Source of the DNA: an uncultured delta proteobacterium
GTDB taxonomy: Bacteria > Desulfobacterota > Syntrophia > Syntrophales > UBA8958
NCBI GenBank assembly: GCA_903885795.1
Contig: CAISJV010000007.1
Location: 2,365 to 66,364 of the forward strand
Direction: 5' to 3'
DNA: 64,000 bases
Shown here piece by piece: positions 56,863-64,000 of this stretch. The notes under the pieces are model-generated. The model was not told the origin of the DNA. It worked only from the letters and a program-made list of their open reading frames with translations, and made no database searches. The position numbers and the translations under genes are program-made. Position 1 is the first letter of the stretch; each line of letters begins with the position of its first letter.

Positions 56863-57282
56863 ATGAACGAAGAGACCTTATTGGAGCGAATCCGTCATTT
56901 GGAGGTGAATCCCGGGGAACGAGGCCCCCGGGATATCTCCCTGGGCCTTGAGTCCGTGCTGCGCCACTTACAGAAGATGATGAATACCCGTCAGGGAAGC
57001 GTCCCAATTGCAAATGATTATGGGATGCCCGATATGACAAACTTTGCGGGGGAAAATCTTAACGCCTCGGCAAGCGAACTCGAACATATGATCAAGGCCG
57101 TGATTCAGAAGTACGAACCCCGTCTGATCCGGGTCAACGTTCACTTTGAACCTAAGGCCGGAGAGACATCAACGATGCGATTCAGACTCGAGGGGGCCAT
57201 GATGGCGGATCGCGATAAGACAACCCCCGTGATCTTCGAAACTGTCGTGACTGCCGAAGGCATGGTGCACATGGAAAGATAG
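56863..57282 (+). CDS. tssE: type VI secretion baseplate protein TssE (gp25-like)
   Basis: LLERI...SVLRHLQKMMNTRQGS...DYGMPD pattern of GPW/gp25 family proteins. Confidence 0.9.
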   Translation: MNEETLLERIRHLEVNPGERGPRDISLGLESVLRHLQKMMNTRQGSVPIANDYGMPDMTNFAGENLNASASELEHMIKAVIQKYEPRLIRVNVHFEPKAGETSTMRFRLEGAMMADRDKTTPVIFETVVTAEGMVHMER

Positions 57283-57373
57283 GAAGTGTCAAGATTGAGG
57301 AGAAAACATTCCCTCCCCTTCTTAAGGGAGGGTCATGATTGAGATGGGACAACATTGATCAGGCATTATGTGA

Positions 57374-59107
57374 ATGTTTAATAAATACTACGAGCAGGAA
57401 CTACAGGATCTGAGACAGTTAGCTGTTGAATTTTCCAAGGCGCACCCGGCAACAGCCCCCATGCTCAGTGGTCCCACGGCAGATCCTGACGCCGAGAGAC
57501 TCCTCGAGGGAGTTGCCTTTCTTACCGGGCTTCTCCGTCAAAAGTTGCACGATGACTTTCCGGAAATTATCCACAGCCTCACGGAGGTTACATTTCCGCA
57601 TTATATCAGACCAATTCCCTCAACATCCGTGGTGGTCTTCTCTCCAAAACCGAATCTTCCGGAAACCGTCATGGTAAAAAGAGGCACATCCCTGTCTTCG
57701 GTGCCTGTCGATGGAACACCCTGTCTCTTCCAGACCTGTTTTGATATCGATGTCCATCCCCTGCGCCTGGTAACGGCGGAGCTGCAGCAACCTACCGCCC
57801 GGGCGTCCCGGATCCGTCTCGTTCTGGAACTGACCGGTCCGGACCTGTCCCGATGGCAGCCCCAGCGCCTCTGTTTCTTCATGGGAGGTAGCTATACGCA
57901 GGCCACTAACATCTTCACCCTCCTTAGCCACTATCTTCAAAAGATTGTCGTCAAACCGACAAGCGGCGGCGAGGAATGCATTCTCCCCCCCTCAGACCTG
58001 AAGCAGATCGGTTTTGACATGGACAATTCCCTGTTGACCTTTCCTGTCCGTTCCTTTGCCGGATACCGCCTGCTACAGGAATACTTCATCCTGCCACGAA
58101 AATTTGCTTTCTTTGAACTCCGGGGGTGGGAGAAGTGGCGTGACCGCGGGAATGGTAAACAATTCGAGATTTTCTTCGAACTCAAACCCTCCCCCTTGGC
58201 ATCTTCCAAGGTGACCACTGACCTGTTCATTCTGAACGGAACACCGGTGATCAATCTGTTCAAGCATGACGCCGACCCCTTCCTGTTTGATCACCGCCTG
58301 GAAAGAATCCGTGTCCGGCCGGCCGCACAAAATCCGAATCACTATCAAGTATTCAGCGTAGACAAGGTCATCGGCTACGAGCAGGGGAGCGTGGCAAAAA
58401 AGGAATATCGCCCTCTGGAACTGTTTCAATCAACGGACCAGCATCAATCGGTTTATCAAGTTAACCACGCACGTTCTCCGATCAACGACGCCCCGGAAAT
58501 TTTCCTGTCCTTCGCGTATCCTCGGGATGGCGCCGAACTAGTCGGAGAGACACTGTCCATCAGTTTGACCTGCACAAACGGCGCGCTTCCCGAGCGTCTC
58601 CAAGTTGGCGATATTTCCGTGCAGACATCCGATTCACCGGAGTTGCTGACGTTCAGGAATGTCCTGCCACCGACGCCGCCCATCGATCCACCCCTGGGAG
58701 AAAATGCGACGTGGCGCTTTTTATCTCATCTGTCTTTGAACTATTTATCCCTTGCCAATATTGACAATCTCAAAGAGCTCCTCAGGCTCTATGTGTTTCC
58801 CGAATCACGGGATAAAGCCACGATTGCCGCCAACATGAAAAGAATCGACGGCATCATGGAATTCAGCGTCACTCCAGCGGACCGACTGATCCACGGCATG
58901 GTCATTCGTGGACAGCAAATAGAGATGACCGCCCGACAGGATCATTTTGCCGGCCTCGGCGATCTTTACCTTTTCGGATGTATTCTGGATCTCTTCTTTG
59001 GCGTCTACAGCAGTATGAACACCTTTCTCTCTTTCAAGCTGAAAGAGAGTCTAACCGGGGAAACATTTGTATGGCCGACGAGAATGGGAGACCGACTGCT
59101 AAGCTGA
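57374..59107 (+). CDS. tssF: type VI secretion baseplate protein TssF
   Basis: N-terminal YYEQELQDLRQLAVEFSKAHPATAPMLSG signature; 577 aa. Confidence 0.95.
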   Translation: MFNKYYEQELQDLRQLAVEFSKAHPATAPMLSGPTADPDAERLLEGVAFLTGLLRQKLHDDFPEIIHSLTEVTFPHYIRPIPSTSVVVFSPKPNLPETVMVKRGTSLSSVPVDGTPCLFQTCFDIDVHPLRLVTAELQQPTARASRIRLVLELTGPDLSRWQPQRLCFFMGGSYTQATNIFTLLSHYLQKIVVKPTSGGEECILPPSDLKQIGFDMDNSLLTFPVRSFAGYRLLQEYFILPRKFAFFELRGWEKWRDRGNGKQFEIFFELKPSPLASSKVTTDLFILNGTPVINLFKHDADPFLFDHRLERIRVRPAAQNPNHYQVFSVDKVIGYEQGSVAKKEYRPLELFQSTDQHQSVYQVNHARSPINDAPEIFLSFAYPRDGAELVGETLSISLTCTNGALPERLQVGDISVQTSDSPELLTFRNVLPPTPPIDPPLGENATWRFLSHLSLNYLSLANIDNLKELLRLYVFPESRDKATIAANMKRIDGIMEFSVTPADRLIHGMVIRGQQIEMTARQDHFAGLGDLYLFGCILDLFFGVYSSMNTFLSFKLKESLTGETFVWPTRMGDRLLS

Positions 59108-60075
59108 CAGAAAGACTTCTCCGTGAGGGGCGCCGATTCTCGTTCATCCAGGCCTTCCGGTTTCTTCTTCTTCATCTACGCCGAGAGTCAAGCACAGACA
59201 TTGATATCAGTGAGCTTGTTAAAAAAATCCGCGTTCGGCCGGAACTTTCCCTCGCCTTTCCGGGATCGGATATTACTAAAATAGAGGAATCCACCCCTCC
59301 GGGCGGTTTCATGGTGACAGCGGCATTCCTCGGGCTATATGGGGCATCCTCGCCCCTGCCGACCTTCTATACGGAAGACTTGCTACAAGAGCTCGGGCAG
59401 GACCGGTCCATAAGTCGTGAATTTTATGATATTTTCAACTCCCGGCTCTATTCCCTGTATTTCGGAATCTGGAAACACTATCATCTTTTCTTTAATATCG
59501 CCGAGAATCCCGACAAAGATGTCCTGCAGAGGCTCTACTGCCTCGCCGGTCTGGACGGAGAGGCTTTAAGGGACAGCGCAGAAAACCCTTACGGAATGCT
59601 TAGATACATCGGCCTGGCGACCCAGTTCCCCCGATCGGCGGGAGGATTGAGGGCCCTCCTGGCCGATGGACTCTCCGAACCGGCAATTCACATTACCCAA
59701 TGCAAGGAGCGCATTGCGAATATCCCGGAAGATCAACGTCTGTTTCTGGGAACATCCGGAAATATCCTGGGAGAGGACACCTATCTCGGAGAAGGGATTG
59801 CAGACCGGGCGGGAAACTTCCGAGTTCACATCGGACCTGTGAATAGGGAAACATTTGATCGTTACCTTCCCGACCAGCCGGACTTTCAGAAGTTAGGTCA
59901 GTTGATCCGCTTCTACCTTGATCAACCCCTCACCTGGGATGTGGAAGTAATGTTGAAACCACAGGATATAACTACAACTGTTGTCAGTTCCCAGGCCATG
60001 CTGGGATGTAATACCTGGATCTTTTCGGAAGGGGCCATTCCCATGGAACATTGCGCCCTCTTTCCCGGATCGTAA
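59071..60075 (+). CDS. tssG: type VI secretion baseplate protein TssG
   Basis: FSFIQAFRFLL N-terminal signature. Start taken at the ATG at 59071 (37-nt overlap with tssF); the track ORF start at 58978 is unlikely. Confidence 0.9.
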   Translation: MADENGRPTAKLTERLLREGRRFSFIQAFRFLLLHLRRESSTDIDISELVKKIRVRPELSLAFPGSDITKIEESTPPGGFMVTAAFLGLYGASSPLPTFYTEDLLQELGQDRSISREFYDIFNSRLYSLYFGIWKHYHLFFNIAENPDKDVLQRLYCLAGLDGEALRDSAENPYGMLRYIGLATQFPRSAGGLRALLADGLSEPAIHITQCKERIANIPEDQRLFLGTSGNILGEDTYLGEGIADRAGNFRVHIGPVNRETFDRYLPDQPDFQKLGQLIRFYLDQPLTWDVEVMLKPQDITTTVVSSQAMLGCNTWIFSEGAIPMEHCALFPGS

Positions 60076-60110
60076 CGACATAACGGGGTCAGACCCCGGG
60101 AGGATGAACC

Positions 60111-62747
60111 ATGGTTGCCGTCGATATCAAGTCTTTATTGCTCCACATGAATGTCTTTTGCACAAACGCCTTGCAGAACGCCGCGGGGTTGTGCGTCTCA
60201 AGAACCCATTATGAAATTACGGTTGAACATTTCATCACGAAATTCCTGGAAGAACCCCGGTCCGATTGGCCGCTGATCCTTCCAAAATTCGGTCTGGAAG
60301 TAGGAAGACTCCAGAAGGCGCTTGAGCAATCTCTGGAGGATTACAAGACAGGCAATGCCGCCAAGCCGGTCTTCTCCCCACATCTTCTCGACTTGATTCA
60401 GGACGCCTGGATGATCTCCTCCATCGACCTTGGGGACAGGAAAATACGTTCGGGGGCCATACTCCTGGCGTTTCTGGCCAAACCCACCCTGTATGCAACG
60501 GGAAGGTACGCGGATCTGCTCAAAGAGATTGGCAGGGAGGCTCTCAGCAAGGAATTCTGGAGTTTGACCGGATCATCCACGGAAACGGAAAAGGGGGCCA
60601 AGGAAACGGCGCCGGGGGAACCGGCCGCGGTCAGGGGGGACGGGTCATTCACCAGTCGTTTCTGCATGGACTTCACCCAGCGGGCGGCCGAAGGAGATAT
60701 CGATCCGGTCTTCGGCCGGGACAACGAAATCCGCCAGATGATCGACATCCTGGCCCGGCGGCGAAAGAACAACCCCATCTGTGTCGGGGAGCCCGGCGTC
60801 GGTAAAACAGCGGTCGTCGAAGGCATGGCCCTGCGAATCGTAGAAAATGACGTCCCCGACATGCTCAAGGGCGTCACTCTTTTAGGGCTGGACATGGGGG
60901 CTCTCGAAGCCGGGGCCGGCATGAAAGGTGAATTTGAAAACCGTCTCAAAGGCGTCATCAATGAGATCAAGGCCTCGGAAAAACCGATAATCCTTTTCAT
61001 CGATGAGGCCCATACCCTTATCGGCGCCGGCGCTGCCGCAGGTGGCGGAGATGCCGCAAACTTGTTGAAACCGGCGTTGGCGCGGGGTGAATTGCGGACA
61101 ATTGCTGCCACGACTTGGACCGAATACAAAAAATACTTTGAGAAAGATCCGGCCCTGGCTAGACGTTTCCAGCTTGTCAAACTGGACGAGCCCGATGTGG
61201 AAACAACAATTCTCATGCTCCGGGGACTCAAGGCCAGTTATGAAAAGGCCCACAAGGTAATTGTCCGGGACGATGCCGTCGTGGCCGCCGCCGAATTTTC
61301 AAACCGGTATATAACCGGGCGCTTCCTCCCCGACAAGGCCATTGACCTGATGGATACGAGCTGCGCCCGGGTCAAGGTCAACCTGACCGGCAAACCCGCC
61401 GTACTGGAGGCCAAGGAACGGGCCGTACAGGCCTACGATCGTGAAATCAAGGCGATGGACCGGGACCGTGCCAACGGCGCCAAAATCGACGAAGAGAAAT
61501 ACCAAGGCGTCGTGGACAAGCGAAAGGCCGTCAATGATGAAGCGGATCAGCTTCAGGAACGGTGGCTGAAGGAGAAGGAAGCCGCTCATCAGGTTGTTAC
61601 CCTCCGGGAACAGCTCAATGAGCTGACTGCGGAAGAGCAGGATAAGAAGGAAGATCTGATAAAGGAGCTGGAAGCGGCCGGTCAGGCGCTGAAGGATCTC
61701 CAGGCCGATGAACCGCTGATCCAGATTGAGGTGGACCCCGACGCTGTCGCCCAGGTTGTTTCCGACTGGACGGGCATCCCCCTGGGGAAGATGCTCAAGG
61801 ACGAAGCGGAAACAATTATCCACCTTGAAGATCGCCTCAAAGAGAGGATCAAGGGTCAAGACGCCGCCATGGGGGCTCTGGCGGAAGTCATTCGGGCGGC
61901 CAAGTCGGGCATCAAAAGCCCGACTCAGCCCATCGGCGTGTTCCTCTTTGCCGGCCCCAGCGGGACGGGAAAGACGGAAACCGGCCTTGCCCTGGCAGAC
62001 ATGCTCTTTGGCAGCGAAAAGAATGTCGTGACAATCAACATGAGCGAGTTTCAGGAAAGCCATACAGTGAGCCGCCTCATCGGCTCTCCCCCCGGCTACG
62101 TCGGTTACGGCGAGGGCGGTATGCTGACAGAAGCCGTCCGGCAGCGGCCCTACTCCGTCGTCCTTCTGGATGAATCGGAAAAGGCCCACATCGATGTCAT
62201 GAACCTTTTCTACCAGATCTTCGACAAGGGCATCGCCAATGATGGCGAAGGCAAGGAGATTAACTTCCGCAACACGATCATGATCCTGACCAGCAATCTC
62301 GCTTCGGATGTGATTCAGGAGATGACCACCGGAGAAGAAGCGCCGGGAGCAGAAGTTGTCGCCGGCGCCGTCCGGCCCATTCTTTCAGCTCATTTCAAGC
62401 CGGCCCTTCTGGCCCGCATGAACATTATACCCTTCTACAGCCTCAATGCCGAGGCCATGCGCCTCATCGTCGAGTTGAAAATGAAAAGGATACAGAAAAG
62501 TCTCATGGAAAACAATAAGATGTCCATGACCTACGCCCCGGCAGTCGTGGATGCCATCACCGCCCGCTGCACCGAAGTGGAAACGGGGGCCCGGAACATC
62601 GAGTATATCCTTAACGGTAACGTTCTGCCCCGTCTGTCCCAGACGATCCTCACCCACATGAGCGAAGGCGGCATGCCCTCCCAGGTGCACCTGGACATGG
62701 ACGCAGAGGGAACGTTTACCTTTGATTTCGGCGATAACGCCGAGTAA
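60111..62747 (+). CDS. clpV: type VI secretion ATPase ClpV (TssH)
   Basis: Clp N-domain plus two AAA+ modules (GEPGVGKTA / ILFIDEAH and GPSGTGKTE / VVLLDESEKA). Confidence 0.95.
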   Translation: MVAVDIKSLLLHMNVFCTNALQNAAGLCVSRTHYEITVEHFITKFLEEPRSDWPLILPKFGLEVGRLQKALEQSLEDYKTGNAAKPVFSPHLLDLIQDAWMISSIDLGDRKIRSGAILLAFLAKPTLYATGRYADLLKEIGREALSKEFWSLTGSSTETEKGAKETAPGEPAAVRGDGSFTSRFCMDFTQRAAEGDIDPVFGRDNEIRQMIDILARRRKNNPICVGEPGVGKTAVVEGMALRIVENDVPDMLKGVTLLGLDMGALEAGAGMKGEFENRLKGVINEIKASEKPIILFIDEAHTLIGAGAAAGGGDAANLLKPALARGELRTIAATTWTEYKKYFEKDPALARRFQLVKLDEPDVETTILMLRGLKASYEKAHKVIVRDDAVVAAAEFSNRYITGRFLPDKAIDLMDTSCARVKVNLTGKPAVLEAKERAVQAYDREIKAMDRDRANGAKIDEEKYQGVVDKRKAVNDEADQLQERWLKEKEAAHQVVTLREQLNELTAEEQDKKEDLIKELEAAGQALKDLQADEPLIQIEVDPDAVAQVVSDWTGIPLGKMLKDEAETIIHLEDRLKERIKGQDAAMGALAEVIRAAKSGIKSPTQPIGVFLFAGPSGTGKTETGLALADMLFGSEKNVVTINMSEFQESHTVSRLIGSPPGYVGYGEGGMLTEAVRQRPYSVVLLDESEKAHIDVMNLFYQIFDKGIANDGEGKEINFRNTIMILTSNLASDVIQEMTTGEEAPGAEVVAGAVRPILSAHFKPALLARMNIIPFYSLNAEAMRLIVELKMKRIQKSLMENNKMSMTYAPAVVDAITARCTEVETGARNIEYILNGNVLPRLSQTILTHMSEGGMPSQVHLDMDAEGTFTFDFGDNAE

Positions 62748-62801
62748 AAAAATAGCGTGAAAATTAAACGAGGTGTCGCCAATTATCACATTATATCATA
62801 T

Positions 62802-62837
62802 AGCTGAGTAACTTCAGTACACCGAAGTTACTCAGCT
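62802..62837 (+). promoter_or_regulatory. perfect 14-bp stem-loop between clpV and vgrG
   Basis: AGCTGAGTAACTTC agtacacc GAAGTTACTCAGCT, 55 nt after the clpV stop; no U-tract. Confidence 0.6.
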
Positions 62838-62929
62838 GCACCCCCATTCATAAACCATGGGGACGCATATCCGAGATTGCGTAGCCATGGAAAGAAAACA
62901 GTTTGCTTTTAAGAAAGGGGACTAATCCT

Positions 62930-64000
62930 ATGGACTATCTAACGGCGAAGAAATTTTCCTTTGTCTCGTCTGCATTACCGGCAGATACGTTTGGCGTGGT
63001 GCGTTATCACGGCTCTGAGGGGCTCTCCCGCTGTTACGAGTTTGAGGTGATGCTGGTGTCGGACAACCTGGATGTGGATCTGGCTGATGTGATCCAGCAC
63101 CCGGTGACGCTTACGTTCCATCGCGAGGGGGGTACAGATGTGCAGTATCAAGGGATACTGCTGGGCTTTGAGCAGCTTCATTCGTATAACCGGGTGGCAT
63201 TTTACCGTGCCCACCTAGTGCCGAGGCTCTACTGGCTGTCCTTGACGCCTCATAACCAGGTTTTTTTGAACAAGTCGATTCCGGAGTGCATCGAGGCGTG
63301 CCTGAAGGATGGAGGTCTATCGGAGCTGGACTTCGAATTTCGCCTGCAGAAGAGCTATGTACCCGTGGCATACGTCTGCCAGTATGGAGAGACGCATTTG
63401 AACTTTGTGACCCGTTGGCTGGAGCGGACGGGGATGTACTACTTCTTTGAGCAGTCGGAAGAACGGGAGAAGGTGATCTTCACGGACAGCCAGATTGTTC
63501 ACAAATCGATGCCCCAGGGGAAGAGTATCCGTTATTCTCCGCCGTCGGGGATGGAGACGCTGCACATGCAGGAAATGGTTTCTTCGTTTACATGCCGTTA
63601 CAGTCTGACGCCAGCGTCGGTGCTGGTGAGGGATTACAACTATATGAAGCCTTCCATGGAGGTAAGGGGTACGGCGGAGGTGGATGAGAAGGGTCGGGGG
63701 CAGCTTTATTTCTATGGTGATCACGTCCGGACGACAGAGGAGGGGAACCTTGTGGCAAAGGTATACGCTGAGTCGCTGTTGTGTCGCCGCGAGGTTTTTC
63801 ACGGCGAGGGATCGGTCCCGTATGTATCTCCCGGTTTCACTTTCGATCTGGTGGATCATTATCGGAAGAGCTTCAATCAGAGCTACCTGACGCTGGATGT
63901 GGATCACGAGGGCAGCCAGACGGGATATCTGTTGGCGGGCTTATGGTCCGGCGCGGGCGACGGTGAGATTTACTACCGGAACAGTTATACGGCGATTCCG
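62930..64000 (+). CDS. vgrG: type VI secretion spike protein VgrG (5' part; continues past the window end)
   Basis: Not in the ORF track because no stop is reached. My translation from the ATG at 62930 is MDYLTAKKFSFVSSALPADTFGVVRYHGSEGLSRCYEFEVMLVSDN...YVCQYGETHLNFVTRWLERTGMYYFF..., a typical VgrG gp27-like N-terminus. It is open through 64000 (357 codons). Confidence 0.9.
   Translation, partial: MDYLTAKKFSFVSSALPADTFGVVRYHGSEGLSRCYEFEVMLVSDNLDVDLADVIQHPVTLTFHREGGTDVQYQGILLGFEQLHSYNRVAFYRAHLVPRLYWLSLTPHNQVFLNKSIPECIEACLKDGGLSELDFEFRLQKSYVPVAYVCQYGETHLNFVTRWLERTGMYYFFEQSEEREKVIFTDSQIVHKSMPQGKSIRYSPPSGMETLHMQEMVSSFTCRYSLTPASVLVRDYNYMKPSMEVRGTAEVDEKGRGQLYFYGDHVRTTEEGNLVAKVYAESLLCRREVFHGEGSVPYVSPGFTFDLVDHYRKSFNQSYLTLDVDHEGSQTGYLLAGLWSGAGDGEIYYRNSYTAIP

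Noticed and set aside
63317-63907. 196-aa minus-strand ORF at the window end
   Set aside because: Antisense to the vgrG reading frame, which is absent from the track only because it has no stop inside the window.
1-64000. Scan for CRISPR arrays, tRNA/rRNA genes, integrases and transposases
   Set aside because: I found no regularly spaced short repeats, cloverleaf-like segments, rRNA-like stretches, or recombinase or transposase motifs by eye. A tRNAscan, Infernal and CRISPR-finder run would be needed to exclude them formally.

Overview
64-kb chromosomal segment of a Gram-negative bacterium. Gene content (sigma-54 enhancer-binding protein, radical-SAM/SPASM enzyme, Pct-type CoA-transferase, complete T6SS) suggests an anaerobic Desulfobacterota-like organism, but the taxon is inference only. 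(i) 1-25.4 kb is mostly housekeeping and metabolism: a MoaD/ThiS-like + E1-like + radical-SAM operon, a probable sigma-54-controlled GntP-permease/HMA/CoA-transferase operon, plsC-ftsK-rimO-polyprenyl synthase, nnr, and a secreted transglutaminase-like protein. (ii) 25.6-40.1 kb (possibly to 41.6 kb) is a visibly AT-richer accessory island with about 20 consecutive ORFs, all on the minus strand. It holds a TerY-P-type vWA/PP2C/Ser-Thr-kinase triad, three paralogous Zn-ribbon/coiled-coil/DUF1566 proteins, and a duplicated bPH + CxxC mini-protein module (copies 2848 nt apart). It also holds a class III nucleotidyl-cyclase-like gene, small PD-(D/E)xK and GIY-YIG-like genes, decayed DUF1566 fragments and a DUF433 gene. 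This island is my best candidate for an undescribed conflict or signalling system. (iii) 41.7-46.1 kb is housekeeping (trxB, lgt, TerC-family, cupin, TrmH-family, cutA). (iv) 46.2-64.0 kb is a complete type VI secretion cluster, tssJKLM-tssA-tssBC-hcp-tssEFG-clpV-vgrG, with vgrG running off the window end. I recognised no rRNA, tRNA, CRISPR array, integrase or transposase. Every call rests on motif recognition by eye in the supplied translations; no searches were run.
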